Of a DNA stretch of 64,000 bases, positions 29,218 through 43,270 are shown piece by piece (the first letter of the stretch is position 1; the number at the start of each line of letters is the position of its first letter). Both the position numbers and the translations under genes were made by a program. The notes beneath the pieces were generated by a model that searched no databases, was not told where the DNA came from, and was given only the letters and a program-made list of their open reading frames with translations. The DNA comes from Lytechinus pictus (taxonomy: Eukaryota), in assembly GCF_037042905.1 (NCBI RefSeq), contig NW_026974140.1, positions 15,438,001 through 15,502,000 on the forward strand, written 5' to 3'.

Positions 29218-30618
29218 GGTACTGGGTCAAAGTTCACCAGTCAAAGGGTGCAGAATGTGACCAATTAAAATCTTTGGTCTGATAGGAATGTGAGAAGCAG
29301 AGCAGCATGAAGATGCAGAGTGACCACTCACATACAGAATCGAAGCTTATGTATAAAAAATGTGACATGGACGCCAATAACTTCTTTATGGCACTTTTAA
29401 TCAGAAATGTATCAATGGCATATAGTCATTTCAGTTAAATCAATCAGAATTACATACGTTATCTAAAAAAAATCACTTCGTAAAAGTTGTAAACATGATA
29501 CAAATTTAATGGCATCCTAAGATGAGCCTTAAAATTACCACATAAAACTTTACAGCTGAACCAACCTCAACGTTTGATTGATACTAGTTACCTTTACATG
29601 TACATTTATTGGAGAAAGTATATTGTTCCAGTAAAATTGAATTTAATATTTTATGAACACCAAGCTGGACATTTACCAAGATGACACTCCAGAAAATATA
29701 AACAATCCTGATCATCCCATGTTGACCTACCCTCTCCCAATATTGCAATTTCTGGAAGCTAGTTATGGTCTACCATAGTAATACCACAATTTTGGCAAAA
29801 TTATTTTTCACTTACCTGTGAAAATTGGTAAAGTCAGAATTACTTCATGTAGCTAATACCTTGGCAAGGCAATATTTTTTAAAATTGTTATTTTCATATT
29901 TAAGTGAATGAGATGTATAAGTGGTAATTCAGTGCCATGTTTGATGACCATAATTACAAGCAAGTGAGTATAAACATGATAAATTTAATTGATGGTTTTT
30001 TGCAAATTAAACCCAGGTTTAAAAAACTTCTATGAAATGCTAGGATTTATCTTCCTTCCTCGATATTCATGGCAGTGACACAATATAAAATGATAGAAAT
30101 CCATTGAATACTCACATCATGTTTCTTCTACCATCACTAAAAAAATTTAAGCCTTTCACTTAAGGATTAAGATCATTTGAACTTGGTAAATGATTTGGTA
30201 GCTAGCATTCCATACAAGTGTGATCTCAGTTAACCCTGGATACCATTGCTATGAACATACTAGTGTGCCCATGTTGAATTCACAGAGGCTATTCAAAACA
30301 GGAGTTAGGTTTAAACCTCCATGGGTGGTAAACCTAAGTTTAGCCCTCGTCTAAACTAGAATTTTAAACCACACTTCTATGGAATGCTGACTTCATAATA
30401 CTTCTTCCACATTATATTTTATCAATTAATTCATCAAAATTCATGATATTTTGCATTTTCCTATTCTTTCCATTTCACAACTCAAATTAATTTTTTGACA
30501 ACTATTTCCAGCAGAACAAATAACTTGGCATTCCATAAAAGTGTGGTCTAAGTAAACCCAGATTTGACTAAACCATGGCTATCAGGCTTAAATACTTAGC
30601 AGAAATTTTGCTAAAAGA

Positions 30619-31256
30619 CCTGGTGGATGTTTCACAAAGATTTAAGAGTGACTTAGAGTCGCACTTAAATTCCCAGTTGCGTAAGGTATAGAAGACATCA
30701 CCACATTGGTCAGATCATGCGCACAGGACACGTACTACCGCATATCCATCAATCAGATTGTATGTTACATATCATGTGTGTGTCGGCATTGAAGTGCGAC
30801 TCTAAAGGCGACCGCACACCATACGATTGGTCTGCGACCCGATTTCATAATAAAATGTAGTAGAATTTGATGCTAATATTGAGACTTGGAATATCTTATG
30901 TGTAATGTTCTAAATCATCATACGAATACAGATGTCCCAAATATGTGACTGTGCTATCATCCTTCTTAGAATAAAAGCGAATTTAATATCTAGTCGTAAT
31001 GACGTCATAGCAGTCGTACGATTGGCTACGATTTGAAACTAATTTGGCCTCTACTCCAAAGTAAAGGCTTCCAATCTTTCAAAATGGTTATATTAGTATT
31101 CTTTCAATTAATTTTTACCTCAAATAAAATGATATGTTCCATTCGTATTTTCAGAAAATGAGCAAAATGCTATTTGTTCAAAAATCGGATCGCGAATAGT
31201 CGTAAGGTGTGCGGTGGCCTTAAGTCATACTTAAATCTTTGTAAAACACCCCCAGG
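30619..31256. mobile_element. Palindromic MITE, host of a nested PIF/Harbinger-like insertion
   Basis: CCTGGTGGATGTTTCACAAAGATTTAAGAGTGACTTAGAGTCGCACTT pairs with AAGTGCGACTCTAA[insert]GTCATACTTAAATCTTTGTAAAACACCCCCAGG. Confidence 0.75.
30806..31220. mobile_element. PIF/Harbinger-like MITE
   Basis: TAA | AGGCGACCGCACACCATACGA ... TCGTAAGGTGTGCGGTGGCCT | TAA. Confidence 0.85.
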
Positions 31257-32347
31257 TTGTGTGTAGTATGTACCCTTTGAATACCAATAAATATATTCCT
31301 GGATTGCCACATAACTGAGATGCCTCCCCTGTTATACTCAAATTATTTGGGAGATCTATAAAATATATCACAAGATTAAATTTTTCCGTATTGACATACA
31401 AGAAAAACATTGTAAATTAGAAAAAAAAAAAATTTATTGCACAAGTACAATTTCTTATTGTATGTACAGAAACACAATGATTAAAACTTATTTTTAAAAC
31501 TAAGCCTATAGCATTGTCTTTATTCTGTCCCTGCCTCCAAGTCATTAGGCAAATAATCTTAATCCCTGTTGTCCTATTGCTATTACACTGTAGCATGCTG
31601 AAAAATAAACAATCCAAGATCTCAAGATAAAACATCATTTATATGATTACCTTGTCAAGAAACATGATAATGTATAGCACATAATAGCAATTTAGTTTTA
31701 GACACTGGAGTGTTTGGGGGAAATGCTAAATTCCTCTAATGGACTTAGATAAAAATTAATATTGATAGGCAAAGACAGATCCCTTTTCTTATAGAATGGT
31801 CTTCTTTGTTCAGTAAAATTCAAAAAATTTCAACTTTAAATTGAATTAATGTTTGTCACATATCATGTTCATCAATCACATTTGCAATGCATACAAAAGC
31901 ATAAATTATCTCTTGAAAGCACAATGATCAGACATACATATTCTATATTATTAATGATGTGGCTGGCTAAATTTCCATAGTTTAAGATTTGACTCAAACA
32001 ATTCAATCTAGACAGTTCAAACTGTCTAGATTAATTGTAAAATACCCGGAGAGAAGACCGGAAAATGAACAGGAGAAGTCTTTCATTTCTGTACCTGATG
32101 TGATGTGATGTAATGTGAGGTTTGGACCTAGCTGGGCCTCAGCACACAAAAGGTTTGAGATGGATTGCAAATATGAAAGACCAACCCTGATTGGTTCATG
32201 ATCAGTGTTTTGAACAGAATGCACATTAAACAATGATCTTGATTGACCATTGTTGATTACTGATGAATTGCCAACATTTCCCCTTGATCACAATATCAAC
32301 AGGTAGAAAAGTCTGGTCTAGAGTTAACCAGGAATCTTCAGGAGAAA

Positions 32348-35300
32348 TTAAAATAGGAATGGGAAAAAGGCCTTCCTCTCTTTAGGGTAACTTTCAAACT
32401 TGTCCTGGTACCACCGGTGGACCTTGGTCGATGCAGCTATCTGATTGGAAAACACAAAAGCAAGGACTAACCACCATGTTGTATGATAACCACCAAGGAT
32501 GACCCCAAGAGAAGCATAGATGAGGCATTCCGCAAAGTAGTGGGGACATGAGACGTAGTCAAACCAATCTCCTTGCGGGATCATATGACGGCTAACATCT
32601 GAAACAGATATGACAAAAATATATATATATATATGTCAGATGACGTACTAGTATAGTAATAATGATAGTAACCTAGTATAAATCTATAACAGGGAGTCTA
32701 TATGTGCTGTAAATCAATCAAATTGCACCATTTAGGTAGATCATTAGAGCAGCTTTAGCTTAAAATAAAAACAATTTTTTTAATGGAATAATGTGCTTGA
32801 ATATCAAGACTGAGATTTTATTAAATGATAATGACATCTATGTAATGGAGTTTTTACAGACAAGTAGCAATCAGATATGATTACTTTATCCAACTTAGGC
32901 CGACCTTTAACATCACCATCCAAAAAAAGCTTTGATAACAGTTGCATGTCACAATGAACAGGAATATGTATTATGTCCCCTTGTAATTGTACGTTGCTTG
33001 TAAACACAACTTTACATCTATGAATCATGAAATAAATATTCAAATTACACATAAAAGCTTTATGACATGTAGCCCAACAAAAAGTGAGATTTACTCTCTC
33101 ATCTGAAACTGTCTCAGAACCAACACTAAATTTTCAGTTGACTAGAAGTTTTTTTGCCTTACCTTTCTTTGTTTTTCTCAAACTAGCAAAGATGACATGA
33201 GCTCTATGATGATGCAAACTGGCCCAAATAAACATTAATAAGCCTGCTATGTGATACCAGCGGATGTGTTTCAAAAGATCCAGTGCTTGAATAGCTTCAC
33301 CTAAAAACAACATAAATAAAGTATCATTTCATAGCATTCTGAGTACTGCACATGCAGCATAGTGAGTATTTACAAAAAATATCCCATATTCATTTTTTAA
33401 TTAGAGCAACTGATAAAAATTTCCAAAAAAAAACGTGACAAAGAAAGATGTGATCAGGAATATAAAATGAAAAAAAAAACGTGACAAAGAAAGATGTGAT
33501 CAGGAATAGAAAATGTATTTGTAATGGTTTTAAATTTTGCATTTCATCAAACAGTAAATTAAATCAAATACAGAGCTTTTTGTTAGGCTATCAAGCTGCT
33601 AAATCCTTTATCCAAGACAATTGTCAATGGGCAATTCCATAAAATATGTATATCCGACCCCCTACATGTATATGTGGGACCTTCATGAAATTTTAATTTC
33701 TGTCCCTGATTTCTTTTTCTTTTGACAGTCTGTATTGTTCTCAAAGGACCATGACTTGGTCACTTTATGAAGTGAAGTAAGACTTGAGAAAAATGTGCGT
33801 CGGACGTACAAAAAGGTTGAATATTTGATGGAATTGCCCCAATGTTACTGTCATTGGGTGTACGCTTTTCTTTTTTAATGTTGAATTCTAGGATGGGAAA
33901 ATTACCATGCAAATCACCAGTCATTTTACTTGAATAATTTAAACAATATATTTTGCAAACCAAAATCAGCAAAAGCATTCATTAACAAAACAAAGTTATT
34001 TCATAATATTTAATTCATGTAACTAGAACCTTGAATAGATTCAATTAAAGGATTCCTACATAAATCACCCCAATCAATTATGACCAATAACTCTTTGGGG
34101 GTGGCTATAAGTGCAATATAAGAATTATAACTGTTTAGCTACTGTCTAAATATTTTTTTACACCTAATAATACAATCATCAACAAACCTTTTACACTAAA
34201 ACTTGGTCCCTCTGCCACAACACTGATGCCAATAAATGAGTAAAACATGATGCCTGTGATGTAGTGACTTATATGAATACTAGAGTTGGAGTATACACTG
34301 ATGGCAACACATTCATAGATTCTCCTGTGTGCATGGATAACAATGACTGCCATGGCTATTATGACAGTGAGTAGATCAGCTGGGTTTCGTTGGAGATAAG
34401 ATCAGAAGGGGAGACATTGTGAGCATGTAGTCAACATTTCATCTTTTAAAAATTCACAATAGTAGGGTATCCAGCATCAACTTTCACAAAGAAATGTATA
34501 GGCCCCGCCCAAGCACAATCATAATAGTCGTTACTGTTTCCAGACAAGTAGGCCCTTGAAATTCTTGGTAGGAGCTGATGCTGGATACACACCGGCAAAA
34601 GGTATCAAAATAATTTATCAGTTCAAAATTTCTTTTAAAATATATCAATATTTGATGCCTCGAGTATAGCAGGAAAGGATCCAAGATCGCCCGTGGGAGC
34701 AATTTTCTTACAAAACTCAACAACCAGAGGTCAAAGTTCATCACCACTTGAACAACCTAAGAGGTCAAAGTTCATCACCACTTCTGGGAAGCATTTTCCC
34801 AGATAAATTTTTCTGACAACCCCCCCCCCCCCCCTTCTCCACACCCCCAAATAAGTCCTCACAGACAAGGATAGGGAGGTGCAAATTATTTTTATTTTTT
34901 TTCTATCATCTTTTTCTACATTATGGATCTAGGGGGGCGGGCAAGGCCCACTTGCTTGCCCCTATTGTGGATCCGCCCATGATCTAGTCAAAATAAACTG
35001 TGCCTAACATACTAATGTAGCTCCTTCCTTCTGATTTACTCTATTTTTACTTCAATTTTGTCATTATTTCTGCACTAATGGACATACTATCTTGCTTTGT
35101 TTTATTGTTTATACCTAAAAAGAACCCAATATTATCACAGCAGTAATTCTTTGAGCAGCGTTAGTTGAGAGAATGTGTCAAGCTTAAAAGATTATAGCCT
35201 TATCACAAAATAGGCTTAAACAATAGAGTGGGTTTAACTTGAGATTGGTCATTTTGGTGTGCATAGTGGGTATGTGCCGCGGAGGGGACCCCCATTTTTA

Positions 35301-37284
35301 CACTCAAATTTCCGTTCCAAGGCATAGCATTTTTGTCTTATTGAGAAAAAGAACAAAGAAAGCCGCTCCAAAGCATAGCATTTTCTTCTTATCGAGAAAA
35401 AAGAAAAAATCCGCTCCAAAGCTACAAACATTTGTAGTTCCGAAGCCCGTTCCGAGGACCCTCCTTTTTACAATTAGCCCGCTCCAAGGCCCCCGTTTTT
35501 TGTCTCGCCCGCGGCACACCCCTACCACTTTTTTGGTTGAATGCCCCCCCCCCCCCCCCCCCCCCCGGGGTCAACTGCATGCAGACAGAAACAAAACATT
35601 TGTAAATTAATAATTTGGACTAAAATTTATATATTTTCTCTAAAGTTTATTTCTGAATAAAATCATTTAAAACAAATTGACAAAACATAAAAGGGATTAA
35701 TCATTAATAATCCTATAACATTTTGACAACACACAAAACAACAAATAACTTGGTGTAGGTATAAACAAGTCTTAGAATTTCAAAAAAATGCAAATCAGCT
35801 GGATCATCAACAAATCATGACATTTTTTTTTTCCTTCATACAATTTTTGTTAATCTGACATTACACTCACCTGAAGGGTGTGATACGGGATACTTTGTCA
35901 GAAATGTGATCATCTTAGTAAACCAATCTGGCAAGACTGAGCCTTGGAGAGTACACTGAAGAATATTCATCAAAATAAAGCCATTCCAGATGAAAGATAG
36001 GATGTAGAAATGGACAAACCAACTGCAAAAATATAACAAAGCTTTATTCATTGATTGATAGAGGATGAGCATCAATTTTACTATGATCGGACACAAGAAA
36101 ATTAGTTGTGTATGAAAGTTAAGCTAAGCCAAGGCCGTCACGAGGCCAAGCAGTGAAGGATGCACTTTGAAAGTAGGTAGGTTACAAAAGCGCCCTCTAG
36201 ATGCATTCTGAATGAGGCATTGCGTGTGCTGCCTATAATCACAGGGTGATTGTGGGGGCATTGCTTTGTATTGTGTTTGCATGTGCAAGGAAAGGTTATT
36301 CCCAATGACATCATTGTTTTTAAGTAGTTGAATGTTTATGGCAGCTGTCTACACTTGAAAAAAAATCTCACTCTGTGATCTTGCGACTCTGTGTGCTACT
36401 GGAACTTTGGCTTTGCTTTCAACCTCTTGCTATTCATATTTACAGGTATCATCCCACTCTAAAAGGTATTCATTCAGATTAGAACAACATTTCAACTACA
36501 TTGTGGTGAAATTTGAAAGAAATCTACTGACGCTAAGTATGTTTTTTAAGTCCGTTTCGGCGGCGTCTGTAGTTTTGGGGAGTGTTGTTGGGCATTTCCA
36601 TATGCCAATGTATGCGCATTGTTGTTTTCTATTAGTGCACCTTGGTCCCAATTAAGGTCACAACTTTTGTTTTCAAAACAAAGGAATACACAAGAATTGG
36701 ATAGGCAATTTGTACGAACTTAAAACTACCATATCTTTCATGTTACTGGGGCTATTGAAATGAATGAGGTATTAAATGAAAGGTCTTGATGAGCTCTAAA
36801 TGAGGCTATGAAGCAAACACCTAATTTCTCTCTTTTTTTTTTTTACATACCGGTACCCGTCTTTGAGTTTGACATTATACTTCATATTTGTTCTTCCCCC
36901 TCCTTTCTATACTTGTTCCCCTCCCCTCTTCTTCCCCTCCCCCTCTTTCTTCTTCTTCTTCTCTTCTCATCCTCAATCAGTAGTTATAGTTCTCTTTAAA
37001 AAGGAATCGCACGATAATGCTTTGTTAATGTGATGTCACACTAACTCAAATTAGAATATGTGGGACCGTTGTTAAATGCCCCATAAGCTTCTGCACACAA
37101 ACCTCTTTGGTACAAGCAGAAACTGCTGGATACTGGTCCGTTTCCGGGGGTCTAATAGCTTTCCGTAGACAACAACATCTTTCAACAGGTTCGGTAAACA
37201 ATTATACACAGTTTGTGAATAAGAAAGTATCACAAACAGAAATGACAGAGTAAAAACAAGCCAAATCCACGATAACAGATCCAT
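32348..37284 (-). CDS. SRD5A3: Polyprenol/polyprenal reductase (steroid 5-alpha-reductase 3 family), 304 aa
   Basis: Exons 37284-37103, 36022-35871, 34379-34188, 33300-33163, 32598-32348 (915 nt, phases consistent). Motifs YGK, VPKSWFVHFY, HRRIYEC, HISHY, RWYH...FIWASLHHHRAHVIFASLRK and IPQGDWFDYVSCPHYFAECLIY...HRWYQDKFESYPKERKAFFPFLF are diagnostic. Confidence 0.95.
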
Positions 37285-38235
37285 CTTGAGACTTGAATTG
37301 TAAATGTAATTGGGATCGGCGAGACACGAATTGCGTAATAACGTACATGGAGCTATTAATGCCGCGCTCATTGTATACGAGCCCAAGCGCCCCGCCCCCT
37401 TAATATTGATGAATCTTTTATCATTAAAAAAAAATTAATGTGAGATATCAAATTTGCATCCACTTGTTGTTGTACCAGAAATCCTATGACAAGCATTTCT
37501 GGGAGCATTTCATTTAGCCATGATAAGCAAATATTTTGATGGATGGGCATCGATCTCGATCACAGATAAATTGCATTACCATGCATGCAGCTCTTCGCAA
37601 ATAGGCAATTATTATCCCGGCGAGCATGAATGATATTTTGAAAATCATTTTTGTTAAATTAATTTTTCTTATGGCAAGTCGCAAAATCAAAACCCAATAT
37701 ATAGAGTGACCGATGAGGCTAAGATAGTACAACTAAAAACTTTTATTTTAAATTTTGATTTATCGTGTTGGAGATGCATGATGTCATAATTAACACTTAA
37801 TGTAGAATTTGTATAAGTGTTGATTTTTTTATTGTATGTTGTATATATTTTAGGGCCTATATAATTTTATGTAAAGGATTGATTTTATGAATTCGGCTTT
37901 TCGACCGCTATAGATACACTGACTGTTACAACATTTTTTTTTCCAGGGAGCAAATTTTCGGGAAAAACTTAAAAGCGAAGGAGCACTTTTTTCTAAAGTG
38001 AAATGGAATGATTTTATGCACACGTACGTAATTTGGTGAATTTTTGAAGAAAAAAAATCAGTAAAAAATGCAAGTTTTTGAAATTTCGGGGGGGGGGGCT
38101 GCCCCAAAGGTTATATACTCCTCCCACCCGGGATCATAATGTTTCTAACCACTTGCTATTTTTGTATGTACCAACTGACCAAGATAACCACGATCTGTAA
38201 TGCATAATTAATGTAAGCAAAAAAGCAAAACATTA

Positions 38236-38725
38236 AAGGACAAGTCCACCCAAGAAAAAGTTGATTTGAATAAAAGGAGAAAAATCAAACCAGCTTAACA
38301 CTGAAAATTTCATCAAAATCGGATAAGAAAGTTATGACATTTCAAAGTTTCGCTTAATTTCACAAAACACTTATATGCACATCCTAGCTGGTCGGTATGC
38401 AAATGATAACAGAGTGAGGACTGAAGACGTCAACCACTCACAATTTATTTTGTACTTTATTATATGAAATATGAAAAATTGTGATTTTCTCCTCATTGTC
38501 AGTGAAACAAAACTTTATTTCTCCCTGAATATGCGAAACTACATTACATGTATTTTAACAGTTTATGCATGATTAAGTCAAATTGGTCCTTATTGTCAAA
38601 TCTGTAAAAATTGAAATATTGTATAATTTCAAACAATAAAAAACAAAGGTGAGGGACATCATCGACTCTCTCATTTGCACGTCACTAAACTGTGCATATA
38701 ACTTTTGTGAAAAATAAGCTAAATA
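38236..38725. mobile_element. Kolobok-like MITE, right end lost
   Basis: TTAA AGGACAAGTCCACCC... followed by CTGAAAATTTCATCAAAATC...AAAGTTATGACATTT; related to the copy starting at ~63271. Confidence 0.6.
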
Positions 38726-38883
38726 TTATGCTTGTTTTATTTTTTTATCAGTGGTAGCTAGGCTTGTCTGACATTAGCCGCTGAGACTAGCCGTTACTTT
38801 TTAGAAAAATATACAGAACAAAACAAACAAAATGTCATCCTAGACTATAAAAAAAAAATTGGTATTTGCGTAAATATTCTATA

Positions 38884-39158
38884 CAGTGGCGTACAGATGG
38901 GGGCACTTGTCGCTCTCCCCTCCCAAAAAGTTTTGACGACCAAGAAGAAAAAATAAAAAAGGAAAGATAGAAGGGTGAAATTAATAAAATATGATATTAT
39001 TTTCTGAATATTTTATTAAAATCTATCACCATTGTTTTTGTAATAAATATGTAGAAATTTTTGCTCACTCACTTCCTTCGCTCGCTTGCAACTTTTTATA
39101 AAATTTGCCCAATATACCATATCTGGCCCCCTCAAAATCTTGGCTCATTAAGCCACTG
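38884..39158. mobile_element. Short hAT-like MITE (same termini as 52205-53355)
   Basis: CAGTGGCGTA ... TAAGCCACTG termini; TSD degenerate. Confidence 0.6.
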
Positions 39159-39330
39159 ATCCTTTTAATGATCGAACGTACGCCTATCAGTATCAGTCTC
39201 ACATGCATCGTTGGCATCATAGGCTCGTTAGGAGCTTGTTTAGCTCAGTCTCACATCGTTGGCATATAGGCGCTAGGCTCGTTAATTTGATTTTCAGTAT
39301 CACATCGTTGGCATCGTATGCCAATATTGC

Positions 39331-39652
39331 AGGGGCCGATTGCACGAAAGGGTCTTTCCAGCAAGGACCGTCTTTCGTGTCGCCCATCTTTTATGATACA
39401 CCATGTGAAACGCATTTCAAATAAATTATCTGCAAATATATTTTATTTGTCCGTTAAAATAAACAAAATATTTGTTTATAAAATGATGTGATATCTCATG
39501 AAATTGTATAAAATTTGATTTAAAAGCAAGCTAGCTTACGAATTTTATTTGTTTATCATAAATTTCAGAAACACCCCGCTTATAGCGCATCATAAAATAT
39601 GGGCGACACGAAAGACGGTCCTTGGAAAGACCCTTTCGTGAAATCGGCCCCT
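39331..39652. mobile_element. Palindromic MITE just upstream of the putative PFAS first exon
   Basis: AGGGGCCGATTGCACGAAAGGGTCTTTCCA...GGACCGTCTTTCGTGTCGCCCA pairs with TGGGCGACACGAAAGACGGTCC...TGGAAAGACCCTTTCGTGAAATCGGCCCCT. Confidence 0.85.
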
Positions 39653-39694
39653 TATAAGCCATCAAAAAACCCAAACAATGAAGGGTCCTTTTTT

Positions 39695-39932
39695 GAAGGG
39701 CGGCCCACTGCCCAGCCCACTGATCTGGACAGCTGAGTGAGGCGGCCGCGGAGTGGAAGGAAGACGGTTTTCGTTTTCTATTTGTACACTTGAAGATATC
39801 GATACCGAACATTGCGGTGGCGCGGCAGATTTCGTATCACAGAGAGAGCTGACACTGTCTTTTTTTGTACCTGTTTTGACAAGGAATCGTGATTCTTCGA
39901 ACCTTTACGTGATACTTTATACATCGGTGAGA
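39695..39932 (+). promoter_or_regulatory. Putative PFAS promoter and non-coding first exon
   Basis: Locally GC/CpG-rich (GGGCGGCCC, GGCGGCCGCGG) with a donor-like CG|GTGAGA at ~39927. The PFAS ATG exon has an acceptor just 5' of the ATG, so an upstream UTR exon is needed. Confidence 0.45.
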
Positions 39933-40149
39933 AATGAAGCGTGTAGTTGATTTTAAAAAATCTTACTGTTATTTAACAACAATGTTTCTGCCGCAATTGC
40001 AAGGCCTGATCGTGTGATACTGTCACTGAGGTCTGAGCTATGTAATGTCCCATTCGTTAAGTTTGATGTTGGTAAAGTAGAGTTAAGCCATAGTCATAGA
40101 GATATCTCTAAAGATAGAGTCTATGTCTGATGAGTGATGAGTTGAGCCT

Positions 40150-40600
40150 ACCTTTACTGCGGCAGCCCGAACACAGAAGAAAGGAAGGAATGAATGAAAG
40201 AAAGAAAGGGCTGAAAGAAGGAAGAAATAAAAAACAAGAAAGGGTAAAGAAAAGATGGATGGAAGAAAGAAACAAAGAATGAAGGAAAGAAAGGGTAAAA
40301 AAAGAAGGAAGGAAAGAAAGAAGAGATAAATATTATAGGATGGATGGACTCAACTTCTCAAGAGTCGAGTCAAGTCAAGAATTAGGAAAGAAAGAAATCA
40401 AAAAAGAAATAAAGAAAAATATTTTTTTAAACTTAAGTTAAAGGACAGGAAGCATGAAATAATTGAAAGACAAAGAAAAGAAGGAAAATTAAAAAAGAAA
40501 GACAGTAACAAAAAATGAAATAAGAGAGGGAAGAAACAAAGAAAGATTGAAAGGAAAGAAAGATAGAAAGAAAACAGAGGAAGAAACTTAGAAAGTTAAA
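40150..40600. repeat. Purine-rich (GAAA/GGAA) low-complexity tract
   Basis: Almost entirely A/G on the + strand. Confidence 0.85.
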
Positions 40601-42569
40601 ACTATCATCATAAATAAATTATCAGTTTCTTTTTGGCTCAATTAAAATATAGCTACGAAAGAAACCAAGTATACACACACCAAGTACACACACAAATGCT
40701 ATCATGTATTCAGACGATATCACTCGTACTCGAAACCCGATCTGTTTAAACTAAAAACAGAAGTGAAAATTTCTCCTTTTACTGCTTACAAATGACAGAG
40801 TTAGCCCAATTTTTAGGAAATATGGACATTATAAGAGCTTTCCATTAGTGTGAATTTTGACAGTTCTGAGAGATTTCTGCCAGAGGTTAGCCAAGCTTCG
40901 TTTGTGCAGCCAGTAGAAAATTTACCTCGTGGGCTGTTTGGCTGGCTAGGTAGGCTATACATGTACAATTTATGTTACCCTAGTAAAAATTGCATGCGAT
41001 TCATTCTGTGTGTATTCTGTATGTGAATGACAGAAAATGTTAACAGGAGGAAAATGGTTTGCAATTTGAGTCATGGAATATTTTTTAATGTTTATGTTGG
41101 TTCGGGGAATTTGACTATTTCTGGAAAAGTTACTGGCCCAACAATGGTTTTTATTATTGGTCATGTCGGACCCATAAATCTTGCTATTTTTGGAAAAATT
41201 ACTGGCCTGAAAATGATATATTTTTACTGGTCATGTTGGACCAGTAGATCTTGCGATTTCTGAAAATCTACTGGCCCGACAGCGATTTTGACCGATCTGG
41301 GACCGGCGCTATTGTCGAGCCCTGGTTGATATTCAGACCATAAAACAGAAACTCTTTGTAATCAATTTGTAAATCAAACAAAATAATGAAATCGATTTCC
41401 GAGCTGAAATGTGTTTGACTTCAAAATTTGATATTTTAAGCTCCATATTGAGCAAGATATGTAAATCACCTAAGTAAAAGGCAATGCGAGTTCTCGCTAG
41501 CAAAAATTATATAGTGACATGAAAGATTCTTTTTATTAGGCCTATTTACCAATTAAGTCTTCCCCTCATCTTTTTTATTCACTCGTCTTCCTCCTCTTAT
41601 GTTTCCCTTTTTTTTCTACTTTCTTTTCCCTTTTTCTTTCTTTCCCTCTTTTTTTTGTTTTTTTTGCTCCGCCAATTGGGGGGCCTGGGCCCCCCCCCCC
41701 CCTGGATCCTCCTATGACTACGCTACACCAACCTGAACATCAAGGTGGTGAACTCGCTCTGATACTCTGAGTGACGAAGGTGGGATTTTATGAGGGGAAA
41801 TAAAAACTCATGCACCAACACGATTTTAAAAAGAATTATCTTCCAACTTAGTTTTCATTCTAATAATTTCACTCCATATCCATCCTCCGGTTAGTCTCAA
41901 AATTGGTGATTAGAGCCAGTATTGACGTATTAATTCACTGCCAATTCCAATGCATCGCAAATGCGGAAATCGCAGCTCAAATTATGAATAGGATCTATTC
42001 ATGATAGGACTATAGATCGAGATCGTTTGAAATCGCAGCTCAATTATGAATATTCATGATAGGATTATAGACCTGTATACACGCATGTGCATATTTGCGG
42101 GATTGAAGAGGGATAGGAAAGAGTTTCATATGCACCCCCCACCAAAAATAACAAAAGATTGTTGGGACTTCCGGTTCATTCACTTCAGATTTTCTATCAT
42201 ATTTTTACTGTTGCTTACCTTAGAAAATAGTTGGGACTCAAACTCACCTTGTTTTATCTGCAGTCAAGACCCCTTCCCGCTATGCTAGCGAGAAGCGCTG
42301 ATACCGGAAGGGTATTTTTAACGATTATCAGCCGATAGTTCGACTAGTCTAGACTCACAGACCCTTTACTGACTAAATAAACCAATGTCTATGGACAATT
42401 ACACGCACTAGATCCTGCTCGAAATTTGACGGAATAAAGCCATATTTTGGTATGTATTTCCACCCCCCCCCCATCATATATGTTCTATATTAGGGCTAGA
42501 TATATTATTCTGAACCTTCTCCATGTTTTTATTTTCAATTTTAGTGGGGGGTGCATATGGAACTCATGC

Positions 42570-43270
42570 TGAGGAGGAAGATGCAATTTTGATTTAGGCC
42601 TATTTAGTAAATATGTAATTGAGGAAATAAAGCAAAGTTTTAATGGTGAGAAACATGAAATAGACAGTCCTGATTTATTTAGTAGAAGCATGGAGGTAGC
42701 CATGGTAAAAGTCTATACTTTAAAAAGTACTAATAAACACAACAGTTGACGAAAGAAAGCAATAGCAATTCTGATTTATTTAGTAAATTAACCGACAAAA
42801 TAAAGCAATGGGGACTGAAGAGGGATACTTTGTAGATGCAATTTTGATTTATTTAGTAAAAACCTAATAGACGAAATAAACCAGAGTTCCCAAGTTTTAA
42901 TTGTGGAAACATGAAAAGAGACAATCCTGATTTATTTAGGCCTAGTAGATGTCTATACTTTAAAAAGTATTAACAGTCAACAAAATAAAAGCAATGATTT
43001 ATTTAGTAAATTAACCGACAAAATAAAGCAAGGGACTGAACTTCTGAAGAGGAATAGAATTCTATAACTTTAGTATAGATGCATGCAATTTTGATTTATT
43101 AGTAAAAACGTAATAGACGAAATAAAGCAAAAATTTAATTGCGAGAAACACGAAAAGATTATGATTTATATAAAAATACTAGTCGACGAAATAAAGCAAT
43201 AGAGATTGAAAAGAAGTAGACGCAATTCTGTTTGAAGTCCCTATGCAATAAAGTGGAGACTGAAAAGAGA
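42570..43270. repeat. Degenerate tandem array (~60-70-bp units)
   Basis: GATTTATTTAGTA and GAC(G/A)AAATAAAGCAA recur, about 9-10 units. Confidence 0.8.

Noticed and set aside
40089-40125. CATAG...CTATG-bounded segment resembling another P-type footprint
   Set aside because: The arms match only over a few terminal bases and there is no flanking duplication.
42570-43270. Repeat-spacer-like array considered as CRISPR (also 62361-62935 and 19140-19900)
   Set aside because: Eukaryotic context, degenerate units with related 'spacers', and no cas genes. These are ordinary tandem repeats.
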